DNA from: Squalus acanthias
Lineage: Eukaryota
Reading direction: 5' to 3'
Length of the DNA: 64,000 nt
NCBI GenBank assembly: GCA_030390025.1
Contig: CM059434.1
Location: forward strand, 37,262,001 to 37,326,000
The notes under the pieces are model-generated. The model was not told the origin of the DNA, searched no databases, and saw only the letters and a list, made by a program, of their open reading frames with translations. A program made the position numbers and the translations under genes. Below are positions 51,721 through 64,000 of the stretch, piece by piece. Positions within the stretch are counted from its first letter, which is position 1. Each line of letters opens with the position of its first letter.

Positions 51721-53689
51721 TATAGCACGTGTAGACCTAAAATCACTAAGGGAAACATTTGTTTCAATATAATGCAATAAAAATGTTCATAAAGTCTACT
51801 TTTCTGCAGTTTTTCTTGCATGTAATTATTTCAAAATTAATAAATTTTGACTACTGTTCAGAAAGTAGAGCCATCTGTGAAATTGATTCTCCTTGTCCCA
51901 TTCAGAAGCAAATACTGTCTAAATGTCTCTAGGTTTTCTGATCATCCAGTTTTAAATTTAAGTTCTGGCCACTATAGATTGTTATAAAATTGAAATAAAT
52001 ATCCATTTTTAGGACCGGCTTTAATTTAACATTTGATTGGTGAGCAGTTTTGTTTAGTTCAACGTTGACACCCCTGAAGAAAAAAAAGGTTTGTATGGGG
52101 CTCAAGTGACCAACCCAGTTCTTGTCACTCAAGTGTCAGTCAAGTTACATTAATGTTTGGATCTGGTGCTGCTGGAAGTTAAATGAAACATAGTGTAAAG
52201 TGATAGATTTTGCATAGTTTGCATGTCATGTCAGTTCAATAAGTTTACCAATGCAGAGACTTCCCAAAAAGGTTAAATGCTGTTTTTTTTTATATTAAGA
52301 AGCAGCCTTTCACCAGTTGAAGGAAATGTATTCTGATTCTGTGGCAATTTGAATGTCACTGATAGGTCCTTAAGTGCATTTTCGGGTAAAGAGACTTGAT
52401 TCTACCTCTACTTTCCTTCACATGGGTGGTATGTTAGACCAAATGGATAGTGTTTGGCACATTCCCTTGCTGGTTGGCAACATGCCTAACCCATTAAATC
52501 CGTCACCGATGGATAAGCGTGGAATGGGGTCTCGGTATCGTGTAGATTTTTTTTTTTCAAATGTTCTCATTCATAATGAGATTTCACTGCGAATGCACAA
52601 TCAAAGAGATGATGGCAAAGCAATGTAACGAGACTTTGCGCCTCTTGAGTGAAGAGAGAACTCTGCCTTATAACAGGATTGAGGGAGAGGGTTGCGGCCT
52701 CACTCCCTCCGAATAGTTTGTACCCATTGACCTTAAGAAGAACAGTACATGGCCTCCAGATCCTTCAGATTTTTTTGAATGTCATCCAGTTGAGTTTTAA
52801 GTCTCCTAGGGTAGTTTTAAGAAAATAGCATCTGAACCAAGATAACTATGATAAGACTATGATAACAGTAGTTAGTTATCCCAACCAATATTAAACTAGT
52901 CTCTTACCATAGCTGCACTAGATTTTTTTCTGCCTCGTGGCTTGATTATCTTAAATGAATTTTTGATGGCAACTGTTGTAAATCAACCAGCTGATTTGAA
53001 TTGGCTTGATAGTATCTGGTAACCTAAGCTAATGTCTTGCTGTTGTGTCTTCAATTTTACAGTGAAGTTCTATTGCTTGAGAGATGTTTTTGTGTTAGTG
53101 TATTGGTTTTCCTGTAACACTGCAAGAGATCTTGGCATGTTTACATTGCCCAAGAAATTTTCTGCTGTCCTGTTAATGGTTATCAGTTAGGTGTTCTAAA
53201 TTTTGTTATATCTATAACGTACTAAAAGTCTTGCATATGGCACACACTTTCGATAAATGTTGCACTTTAGTCATCACATTTAAGATGTCAGACTTTAGAG
53301 CATGCATTGATACACCATGAGCGATGCCACGAGACATTTATTAATACTGTTGATACAAAAACATTGCTCTTGGCCTGTGTTTGTCCATCATACCTTGGGT
53401 GTCTCACTTGATAAAGTATATGTTGCATTGGTACCTGTCTAGCTCAAAGTTCATATTCAGAAAACTGCTATAAAACACAACACTTTGGAAATATACCAAG
53501 CAGGAATGAAAACCATCAATTATGAAGTTCAAAAAACTACAAACGAAAAATGGGCAGTTAGAAACAGCAACCATTCAAATTGACCAAAATATTTTTTCAA
53601 AATCTTTTCAACTGCCATCTTGCAATTCCTATTGAGCTGAGGATGTACTGCAGGAACTAAGTGTTTTTTTTAACAAAATAAAGATGTAA

Positions 53690-53797
53690 AAGAAAGAACT
53701 TGCATTTGTAAAGTGCCTTTCAACAATCTCAGAATGTTCCAAAGTGCTTTACAGCCAATGAAGTACTTTTGAAGTGTAGTCACTGTTGCAATGTCGG
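53690..53797 (-). mobile_element. Deu-SINE 3' tail fragment
   Basis: aaagtgctttacagccaatgaagtacttttgaagtgtagtcactgttg. Confidence 0.75.
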
Positions 53798-54668
53798 GAT
53801 TTAATTGTTCAATAGCATTCAGTATGTTTTGAAGACCTGTAACATTTTTTCTGTCAAGAGGTCTGTTCCTATTTGAGAAGCCTCAGTCTGAGGTTCATGG
53901 GGATTACTGAGTTTTCAATCTCATCTGAAGAGACTCGCCAGTTTGTAGGCTGCAGTTCCTCCAACTTGCAGAATTTGTTTTGTAATTGGCAGCAAGATTG
54001 ACCATTCACAGACCGTCCAGCACTCGTGTTTTAAGCCGCATCCTGCACTCGTGTATCGAGGGATAATTACTACATATTAAAACCCCCAGTAGCAGTTAAC
54101 TTCATGTGATTTTTTTTTTGTACTTAAAAAATAAAGTATAACATGAACACTAACCTTTAACACTAAGGGTAATTTTAAAAGCAAAAATGCATACACTGCA
54201 TACTTGCTGTTCTCCTACAACTACAGTGGCAAGTACATTAAGAAAGCTGAACACTGACTAAGTTGGGGAGAGAACCATTTAGTGGGGATGGACCCGAAGC
54301 AGCTCTTTGTTTTGTAATCTAAATGATTACAGCAGTTGTATTTCTCTGCTTGCAGTTCAAGTTCTTTAGGCTTTTCAGCTAAGGGCTAGCTGCTGCATTC
54401 ATCCGAACCTGACCATTTCCCCTATTCTTGTCCGTACATAATAAAATGTAACCATTTTGTACCGTATTTACTTTCCATATAAACACCATCAGGTTGGGAA
54501 CCTGTGCAGGGAGACAGAGGAAAGGGAAGCAAGGATAGAAGCAAAAGACAGGAAGGAGAAAAGCAAAAGTGGCAGTCAGAGAAATCAAGGGTGTAAATCA
54601 AACATGGCCACAGTAAATAATAATTCTAAAAGGCCTAAGAGTGTTAAAAAAACAAGCCTGAAGGCTTT

Positions 54669-55163
54669 GGGCTGGATTTTCAATGACCCGTGGAGTCGGG
54701 TTTGGAGGCGTGTGGGGGGTTAAATTTGCGGGGTCGGGGGTCCAGACCCCATCCCGACTCCATCCCGCCTCCACGCAATTTTGACAAAATCAGTCGCGGG
54801 GTTCCCGACTCCGTCCCGCCTCCAAGAGGCGGGAGAGGCCATTAAAGCCCTTAACAAGCCCTAAATTGGCTCTGTAATGCCATTTTGAAACGTTTTAGCT
54901 AGTTTAACCCTTTTCCGACGTGAAGTACGCCTGATGTGAAACACGCCAGTGAAACCTGGCGGGAGCACAAGTGGATAGCTGACTATCAGCTGCAGGTCCA
55001 CTATTACAACGGAGATGTGATAAAGGTAGTAGTAGTATTAGGTCTGAAAGTTGATGCTGCTGCATTGAATGTATTCAGAGACTGCCTGGCCTTGCTGTGA
55101 GAGGACCTGGATGGAAAAAAAGTCTCTGTCTCTCTGTCTCTCTGTGTCTCTCTGTCTCTCTCT

Positions 55164-55198
<35 letters not shown>

Positions 55199-55453
55199 AT
55201 TTTGCATCCAGGTCCACTCACAGCAAAGGCCAGGCAATCTCTGAGACCAGGCAGTCTCTGCAATGATGACATCATCAGAGGCGACTTTCAGACTCAAACC
55301 ACTAATTGGTTCATGGGTTCCCACATGCTGGAACTCAATTGCCAATTAAGTTAAAATTGCATCAATCATCCACATTAATCTGGAGTCGGGGGGGGGGCAA
55401 CACGAAATGCGGATCACACGACCCCAACCCGACCCCAAGACAAAATCCAGCCC
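54669..55453. mobile_element. Family A TIR element with TTT TSD, nested in CR1 ORF2
   Basis: TTT|GGGCTGGATTTT ... AAAATCCAGCCC|TTT; removal restores aag gct ttg tgt ctt aat gcg (KALCLNA). Confidence 0.92.
55123..55197. repeat. Compound microsatellite (ctctgt)n + (ctg)n
   Basis: Direct reading. Confidence 0.9.
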
Positions 55454-58394
55454 TTTGTGTCTTAATGCGAGGAGCATTCGTAATAAGGTGGATGAATTAG
55501 CTGCGCAAATAGATGTAAACGGATATGATATAATTGGGATTACGGAGACATGGCTCCAAGGTGACCAAGGCTGGGAATTCAACATCCAGGGGTATTCAAT
55601 ATTCAGGAAAGACAGGCAAAAAGGAAAAGGAGGTGGGGTAGCATTGCTGGTTAAAGAGGAGATTAACGCAATAGTAAGGAAGGATATTAGCTCTGATGAT
55701 GTGGAATCTGTATGGGTAGAGCTGAGAAATACCAAGGGGCAGAAAACGTTAGTGGGAGTTGTATACAGACCCCCAAACAGTAATGCTGAGGTTGGGGATG
55801 GCATTAAACGGGAAATTAGAGACACGTGCAATAAGGGCACTGCGGTTATCAAGGGTGACTTTATCAACATATAGATTGGGCTAACCAAATTAGTAACAAT
55901 ACTGTGAAGGAGGAATTCCTAGAGTGTATACGGGATGGTTTCCTGGACCAATATGTCGAGGAACCAACTAGAGATCAGGCCATCTTAGACTGGGTATTAT
56001 GTAATGAGAAAGGATTAATTAGCAATCTTGTTGTGCGAGGCCCCTTGGGGAGAAGCAATCATAATATGATAGAATTCTTCATTAAGGTGGAGAGTGAAGT
56101 AGTTGACTCAGAGACTAGGGTCCTGAATTTAAATAAAGGAAACTACGATGGTATGAGGCGCGAATTGGTTAGGATGGATTGGGGAATGTTACTTAAAGGG
56201 TTGACGGTGGATAGGCAATGGCAAACATTTAAAGATCGCATGGATGAACTACAGAATTTGTTCATCCCTGTTTGGCATAAAAATAAAACAAAAAAGGTGA
56301 CTCAACCGTGGCTAACAAGGGAAATTCGGGATAGCATAAGATCCAAGGAGAGGACATATAAATTGGCCAGAAAAAGCAGCAAACCTGAGGATTGGGAGCA
56401 GTTTAGGATTCAGCAAAGGAGGACAAAGGGATTAATTAAGAGGGGGAAAATAGAGTATGAGAGTAAGCTTGCAGGGAACATAAAAACTGACTGTAAAAGC
56501 TTCTATAGATATGTGAAGAGAAAAAGATTGGTGAAGTCAAGCGTAGGTCCCTTGCAGTCAGAATCAGGGGAATTTATAATGGGGAACAAAGAAATGGCAG
56601 ACCAATTAAATACATACTTTGGTTCTGTCTTCACAAAGGAGGACACAAATAACCTCCCAGAGATGTCGGGGAACATAGGTTCCAATGAGAGGGAAGAACG
56701 GAATGAAATCAGTATTTGTAGGGAAATGGTGTTAGGGAAATTGACGGGATTGAAGGCCGATAAATCCCCAGGGCCTGATAATCTACATCCTAGGGTACTT
56801 AAGGAAGTGGCCCTAGAAATAGTAGATGCATTGCTGGTCATCTTCCAAAATTCTATAGACTCTGGAACAGTTTCCATGGATTGGAGGGTAGCTAATGTAA
56901 CCCCACTATTTAAAAAAGGTGGGAGAGAGAAAACGGGGAATTATAGACCGGTAAGCCTGACATCAGTAGTGGGGAAAATGCTAGAGTCCATTATAAAAGA
57001 TGTAATAGCAGAGCACTTGGAAAACAGTGACAGGATCAGACAAAGTCAACATGGATTTACTAAAGGTAAATCATGCGTGACTAATCTACTGGAATTTTTT
57101 GAGGATGTAACTGGTAGAATAGATAAGGGAGAACCAGTGGATGTGGTGTATTTGGACTTTCAGAAGGCTTTCGATAAGGTCCCGCATAAGAGATTAGCGT
57201 GCAAAGTTAAAGCACATGGGATTGGGGGTAAGGTACTGTCTTGGATGGAGAACTGGTTGGCAGACAGGAAGCAAAGAGTTGGAATAAACGGGTCTTTTTC
57301 CGAGTGGCAGGCAGTGACTAGTGGGGTACCGCAGGGATCGGTGCTAGGACCCCAGTTATTCACAATATATATTAATGATCTAGACGAGGGAACTAGATGT
57401 AATATCTCCAAGTTTGCAGACGACACAAAGCTGGGTGGGCGTGTGTGTTGTGAGGAGGATGCAGAGAAACTCCAGTATGATTTGGACAAGTTGGGTGATT
57501 GAGCAGATGCATGGCAGATGCAGTATAATGTGGATAAATGCGAGGTTATCCACTTTGGTGGCAAAAACAGGAAGACAGATTATTATCTGAATGGCAATAG
57601 ATTGGGAAAAGGGAAGTGCAACGAGACCTGGGAGTCCTTGTGCACCAGTCGTTGAAGGTAAGCATGCAGGTGCAGCAGGCGGTTAAGAAGGCAAATGGTA
57701 TGTTGGCCTTCATAGCGAGAGGATTCGAGTACAGGAGCAAGGATGTCTTGCTGCAGTTGTACAGGGCCTTGGTGAGACCACACCTTGAGTATTGTGTGCC
57801 GTTTTGGTCGCCTTATCTGAGGAAGGATGTTCTTGCCATGGAGGGAGTGCAGCGAAGATTCACCAGACTGATACCTGGGATGGCAGGAATGACGTATGAA
57901 GAGAGATTGGGACGATTGGGCTTGTATTCGCTAGAGATTAGAAGAATGAGAGGGGTTCTCATTGAAACTTATAAAATTCTAACAGGACTAGACAGACTAG
58001 ATGCAGGAAGGATGTTCCCGATGGCCGGGGAGTCCAGAACCAGGGGTCACAGTCTAAGGATAAGGGGTAAGCCATTTAGGACTGAGAAGAGGAGGAATTT
58101 CTTCACCCAGAGAGTGGTGAACCTGTGGAATTCTCTACCACAGAAGGCAGTTGAGGCCAATTCATTAAATATATTCAAGAAGGAGTTGGATATATTTCTT
58201 AAGGCTAAAGGGATCAAGGGATATGGGGAGAAAGCAGGGACAGGGTACTGAATTTGGATGATCAGCCATGATCTCATTAAATGGCGGAGCAGGCTCGAGG
58301 GGCCGAATGGCCTACTCCTGCTCCTATCTTCTATGCTTCTATGTAAATATCCGTAAAGTACAGTGATTCCACTGATTTTCAGAAATGCTGGTGG

Positions 58395-58930
58395 TGCAAC
58401 TTGTAAAATGCATCTCGCAGAGCAAACCTCCTAAAACATTTGTAGTGGAAGCAGACGGGGAGACGTTATTGGAGATGACCAAAGGCACCATCAAAGTAGT
58501 AAGTTTTGAAGGGGGAAGAGAGAGGTCGCATGACAAAGAGTTTAGGAAGAGAGTGTCAGAGTGCAGGACAAGGAAGCTGAAGGCTCTGTCAGCAGTGATG
58601 GAGATGAGAGAGGAAAAAGGCAAACTGGACCAGGGTCAGAATAGCGGGCGCTGTGTGCTGGGACATACGGTGGAGAATATAGCAGAGATGGGCTCGAGTG
58701 AGGTCATGGACAGATTTGAAGACAAGAACAGGGATATTAAAGTTAATATACTAGGGACAGGTAGGGAGCCAACAGAAGTTGTTGAAGCAAGGGTGATGAT
58801 ACAAGAGACTTTGTGTGGGCTATGATATGGGCCAGAGAGTTCTGTGAATTGAAGTTTGTGTAGAGTAGAGCTGGAAAGCCTTGGAAAAATCAGGTTTTTA
58901 ACTGATGAAGGTGTAAATGACAAGTAGGGA
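58395..58930 (-). mobile_element. Very decayed L2 3' fragment
   Basis: Faint collinearity with 8900-9490 (gagtttaggaagagagt..aagctgaaggc..ggtcatggacagatttgaagacaag..gggagcca). Confidence 0.5.
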
Positions 58931-58959
58931 GTCTTGGGCTCAGAGGTGGGTGATGATAA

Positions 58960-59335
58960 AGATTGATAAAAGGAGACCTGATAGAGGTCTTGAAAATGAC
59001 GAAGGGTTTGTTAGGGTAGACGTGGAGAAGCTGTTTCCATTTGCGGGTGAGTCCAGAACAAGGGAACATAAATATAAGATGATCACGGACAGATCAAAAA
59101 AGTAATTTGGGAGGAATTTCTTTATACTGAGAGTGGTGAGAATGTGGAACTTGTTGCTGCATGGACTGTTTGAATCAGATAGCAGTGGCACATTTATGGG
59201 GAGGATGGATACGGGGGCAGGGTGGGAAGAGGTAATTGGAGTGGGAGGAGGCTTATGTGGAATATAACCACCGGCATAGACCTGTTGGGCCGGCTAGCTT
59301 GTTATCTGTACTGTAGATTTTATGTAATTCTCTGT
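58960..59335 (+). mobile_element. Decayed CR1 3' end
   Basis: VDVEKLFPFAGESRTREHKYK; HE1-type tail. Confidence 0.75.
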
Positions 59336-60970
59336 AACATTACCAGAGTGGGGATGGGATTGTCCATATTTCATACTAAGTTTAAAAAGTTTCTGGAAGG
59401 ATCAGAGGATTGCGTGGAAATCTTTTAAATGTGGTTTTGCACTAGACTGGAGCTATGCCACACTTAGTGCAAACCCCAAGTGCTGTAAGACTACCCACTA
59501 AAGATACTACTTGGTTTTAGTCCATGTGGGAGCTAGATCAGACCCAGTTTCTGTGTTCTAGTTCCACTTTTTTCATGTGTAACCAAAATTCCTTGTATGG
59601 ATCTGAAAACTACAGTACATGGCTCTATGATTTATCACACAAGTATTTTGGTACAATATTAAAGCAGATTGGCTTAAATGCAAATTTTCCTACCCTTCTA
59701 CAACACCGCCCCCCACCACCACCATAATAGTACTATTATGCTATATTTTCCTATTGGCAGTACTGAGGAACACACACGTTGTTCTTTTGAGTGCCTCCAG
59801 TTGGTTGAAATTGGCCCTCATTCGATTCGGAATTGTGGCTGTGAATTGGGGTTTCTAACCATGTTACAGCACATCGGTATAACCAGGATACCCTCTCGTA
59901 TTTTCACTTGGATTTGCTGCATTTCTGGTTTTGGTTTTTTAACCCTAAATATTTGATTGCTGTACTTCTTGGCTTTCAGTTACGCACTTCTCTTTAGCGT
60001 TCTGCCTTATTGTGTAAGCTTGTTTTAATTTCTATTGTACTGCCAGAAAATGTTGTGAAGTACTTACTTGTTTCAACTGTTGGCAGCTTTACCAGCATTA
60101 TTAAAACAAGAATGAGTTGGTCATTTCTTTGAGGTTAATTCTATTTAACCATAACTGTTTATAGATCACCAGTGTGCATACTGCAGTAAAAAAATCTTCT
60201 TTTAAAATAAGCACGCCTTTAAAAAAAAATTGCTATTTAAGGATCTGTTCCTTTGAATCCTATATGCTCAACAGCTCTTTCAGCAAACTCTGGAGAAAAT
60301 GAACAGGTTTTACATCTGTTCTGTAATGCTGGTGAAATCCGATTCTTTAGCGAACAATTGTGGCAGCTTGTTAACTTTTCTTGTCTCTCCTGAAGATAAT
60401 GGAAGGCACAATATACAATAGTTTGAAAAAGTAATATACTTGAACAAATAAAATAAAATTTGCACAGATTTTAATAAAATCATTTTCCTCACTGGACTGG
60501 GTACAAACCCAGGCTGGATTGATATGATCTAAATCTGCTCTCTGGGTGTGCGAGCCCCAACTTAAATTGGATAGTCACCATCCAGCTCTGAGTGAACAAA
60601 AGTCCGTAGGACAAAATTACTGATAGTTTGGCACAGACTGCCAATCTCAATTGGAGGACCAAGGATGGCTGCTGTGGGAATTTCTGGGGTTGGGCTGAGG
60701 GAACTGCTGCCATAAGAACTGGTTCTGTACTGAGTTCTAGATTAAGGCTGCTTTGCAGCAATGCTGAAGTGTAGGGTCAGCGCCTAGCCTGACTCTGGAG
60801 CCAAATAGTCTTGATTTACACAACAATTTCTTGGGCACAGTACAAAATAAAATGGGTTTGTACCAGCATTACAGTTGTACAATAAATCCAGTTTACAGCA
60901 GGTTGTGAGGATGGGAGTAGAAGGGTGGACGGTCACTATATCTGATTTAAGAAGAGTTGATATTGACCCT

Positions 60971-61932
60971 GGGGGCTGAATTTTAATGGGGAAGACAGGT
61001 TGAGAGGGGGGGGGGCTCCGGTGCAGTCGGGAAACCCATTTAACAGCAGGGACTGATTTGCATGGGAAGCCTTTGTTTCCCACCCGCAGCCAGCCAGATT
61101 GAGAGGAAGCAGAGAGGAGAGAGGGAGGGATCGCTTGGGGGGGCGGGGGTTGCCAAGAGGATCACGGCCGGAAGAGTGGGAGTGGGCGGGGGAGTGTCGG
61201 AAGAAGATCGGTTGGGGCGGGAGGAACGGGACGCTGAAGATCATGGACCGGGAGCAGCACGGCGGGGTGTCTGAAGGGATAGTGGGCCACAAGCAACACG
61301 GAATGGTGGGTGTCTGAAAGGATAGTGCGCCGAGAGCAACATGGTGGGGGGGGGGGGCGGGTCTCAAGGGATCGGGGCCGGGAGTAGCATGGGGGAGGTG
61401 GGTCGCTGAAGGATCGGGAGCAGCACTGGGAGGGCCGGAGGAGGTGGGGTGAGGGAGGGAAGGCCTCGTGGGGGGATCGAAGGCCTGCTGGTGGGAGGGT
61501 GTCGGAGGCCTTGTGGAGGTGGGGGGGTCTCCGATCGCAGGGGTGGGTTAGGTAGGGACGTTGGATCCAGGAGGTAAGTGTAAAGGCACTTTGTCCTTGC
61601 CTTCCATTAGCTAACGGGTTACACGAGGCCTGCAAAACCCGACCAGCTAAAGATAAATTAAAAATGGAGGTTAAAGCAGAGGCTTCCAGCCTCATTATAA
61701 TATTTAAATAGAGGGCTTACCTCCTGGCAGCGGATTGGCTGCCCGCCCCCCCCCCCCGACCCGGAAGTGGGCGGGTTGGAGGTGGGGTCAGGTGAGGATT
61801 CACATTTTTAACACTAATTTCCCACACGCCCCCAATCCACCCCTTTTTAAAAAAATTCCCCCAGTGTCGAAAGTAGAAAACTGTTCCACCCTCAGCACTG
61901 ATTTCCCTCGCCTTGACCACGAAAATCCAATC
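60971..61932. mobile_element. GC-rich TIR-like element with internal short tandem units
   Basis: GGGGCTGAATTTT start and GAAAATCCAATC end (imperfect); repeats gggagcagcac and gtctgaa.ggatagtg; cccacacgcccccaa matches the reverse of the family A subterminal ttggaggcgtgtggg. Confidence 0.55.
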
Positions 61933-62825
61933 TGCAACTTGTATTTATATAGCGCCTTTAACGTAGTAAAATGTTCCAACGTTCCAAGGCGCTTCACAGG
62001 AGCATTATAAAGCAAAATTTGTCACCGAGCCATATAAGGAGATATTAGGGCAGAGGTTGGTCAAAGAGGTAGGTTTTATGGAGTGTCTTAAAGGAGGAAA
62101 GAGAGGTAGAGTCGCGGAGAGGTTTAGGGAGAGAATTCCAGAGCTTAGGGCCTAGGCAACAGAAGGCACGGCCACCAATGGTGGAGCAATTAAAATCAGG
62201 GGTGCTCAACAGGCCAGAATTAGAGGAGCACAGCTATCTCAGAGATTACAAAGATAGGGAGGGGCGAGGCCATGGAGGGATTTGAAAACAAGGATGAGAA
62301 TTTTAAAATCGAGGTATTGCTTAAGGGCCACTGTAGGTCAGCGAGCACAGGGGTGATGGGTGAACGGGACTTCGGCGAGTTAGGACACGGGGAGCAGAGT
62401 TTTGGATGACCTCAAGTTTATGTAGGGTAGAACGTGGGAGGCCAGCCAGGATTGCATTGGAATAGTCAAGTCTAGAGGTAACAAAGGCATGGATGAAGGT
62501 TTCAGCAGCAGATGATCTGAGGCAGGGGCAGAGTCGAGCAATGTTCCGGAGGTGGAAATAGGCGGTCTTAGTGATGGTGCGGATTTGTGGTTGGAAGGTC
62601 ATCTCGGGGTGAAATATGACACCATGGTTGCGAACAGTCTGGTTCAGCCTCAGACAGTTACCAGGGAGAGGGATGGAGTCGGAGGCTAGGGAACGGAGTT
62701 TGTGGCGGGGACCAAAGACAATGGCTTCAGTCTTCCCAATATTTAGTTGGCGGACATTTCTGCTCATCCAGTACTGGATGACGGACATTTAGAGACAGTG
62801 GAGGGGTCGAGAGAGGTGGTGGTAT
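61933..62825 (-). mobile_element. L2 3' fragment
   Basis: ORF 62321..62788(-) IQYWMSRN..KTEAIVFG..AYFHLRNIARL..HAFVTSRLDYSN. Confidence 0.92.
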
Positions 62826-62884
62826 AATACAATATTATACTAAATATGGAGATGATCAATAAGGTCATTGTTCACCATTAATAG

Positions 62885-63115
62885 TATTTATCTAGTGAAG
62901 GAAGTTCTCTCGATAGCCTGGCCAACATTTGACCCTCAACCACATCACTAAAACGAATTATCTGATCATTTATCTCATTGCTGTTTAAGGGACCTTGCTG
63001 TGCACAAATTGGCAGCTGCATTTCCCTGTGTTGCAATGCTGGCCACACTTCATAAAGTACTTTATTGGCTGTGAAGTGTTTTCCGATTTCTTGCAGTTGT
63101 ATAAATGTGAGTTCT
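62885..63115 (+). mobile_element. Deu-SINE fragment
   Basis: cctggccaacatttgaccctcaacc...ttgctgtgcacaaattggcagctgc...attggctgtgaagtg. Confidence 0.7.
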
Positions 63116-64000
63116 TTTTTCTCCTTTCTCAAGAATGTCTACAGTATATGTTTTTGTCACGAAAGATGAAGTATAGTCATAATTATAATTGTTTTGGCAT
63201 AGGCACTATACATGTGGCTTAATATTGGAAAGTCCCTAATGCAAAACAGCGATATAAGACCTCAGGCAGTCAGCCTCGGAGTCTGTACAGGGTAGCAAAC
63301 AGATCTGCTGAAATCACTAAAGTTATGTCATAATCGCGGTTTAGAAAAGATTTTAAAAAGCTCAAGTTTTAAACCTCAGTCTTCCTCTTGCGGGCCTCCA
63401 AACGGAACCTGCAGCATTACAGTAACTTTCCACCCCTGGATTTCTTTCATTGTTACCTTTATTAAGTTCAGTGTGCAACATACTCAGGCTGACAAAGGGT
63501 TCAAATTTAATTTCTTGTTCATTGTTAGATTTGCCAGTTCATAAATTAGACCTGGAAAACCTAAATTAAATCAATTAATGTATTATACAAAATTGTTTAA
63601 AAAGGGTGAGGAGTTTCTGAAGTAACATTCGGTGCAGTTGTTGCAGGTAACCTGTATAAAAGCAGTTTTAGAAAGCTTTTTCATGGAATGTTGCAGGACA
63701 TTTGGTCAGCAAGTATGCATTGGTGTTTTTCTACACATGAGCCAGAAAATCTAATCCCTCTCTCCTGCTCACTCCCTATACCGTTTAAAATTTCTCTTTG
63801 TCAAGCATTTCTGGGTTTCCTTTAGCAATGCTTTGTGGTGGAGAATTCCAAAATAATTCTTTTGTTTTACTGCATGGTTTTTCCACATTGTACAGCCCTC
63901 TCACAAAGACCTTATGTGTAAGCCATGGTCAGAAGTCAGTGTTTCAGTTTTGCAATAAGAGCTTTTGTCAGTGTGATGATGCATCTTAAAGAAAATGGTG

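Larger units (their letters stand above)
54490..58342 (+). mobile_element. CR1 LINE with essentially complete ORF2 (APE+RT), interrupted by a MITE, frameshifts and a stop
   Basis: LCLNARSIRNK, IGITETWL, GGGVALLV, 532-aa ORF with [26 protein letters not shown]; TGA at 57500; 3' tail ggccgaatggcctactcctgctccta..ttctatg. Confidence 0.96.

Noticed and set aside
55004-55354. PolyQ/polyA/polyL/polyS ORFs
   Set aside because: These are translations of a microsatellite inside a MITE
55904-58251. Active or domesticated reverse transcriptase gene
   Set aside because: Premature TGA at 57500, frameshifts near 55865 and 57610, and a MITE insertion indicate a dead CR1 copy
60936-61695. Pro/Gly-rich ORFs up to 177 aa
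   Set aside because: By-product of a GC-rich low-complexity repeat with no recognisable domain
42687-64000. LRP5 exon 3 (expected YMYWTDWG...ERAGMDG)
   Set aside because: No such sequence found by eye or in the ORF track; presumably beyond the window
1-64000. CRISPR arrays, prokaryotic systems, endogenous viral genes, autonomous transposase
   Set aside because: No regularly spaced repeats, operons, viral proteins or DDE transposase motifs were recognisable

Overview
Vertebrate genomic DNA, almost certainly a cartilaginous fish (shark), judged from HER1-like CR1 LINEs with HE1-type tails and SacSINE1/Deu-domain SINEs. The only host gene is the 5' end of LRP5 (Wnt co-receptor) on the + strand. 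It comprises a CpG-rich CCAAT/GC-box promoter, a 4-codon uORF, a 55-nt signal-peptide exon 1 (6210-6264), a 36-kb intron 1, and a 394-nt exon 2 (42293-42686) starting YWTD beta-propeller 1. Intron 2 runs off the window and exon 3 was not seen. The rest is a dense transposon landscape: CR1, L2, a near-full-length RTE, a decayed L1/Tx1, Deu-SINEs and a ferritin retrocopy fragment. The most notable signal is a set of 0.6-0.8 kb non-coding TIR elements with 3-bp A/T target duplications (PIF/Harbinger-like MITEs). Their interiors are mosaic and carry conserved splice-site cassettes and long hairpins. Repeat boundaries without a TSD are approximate, and all family assignments are by eye without database searches.
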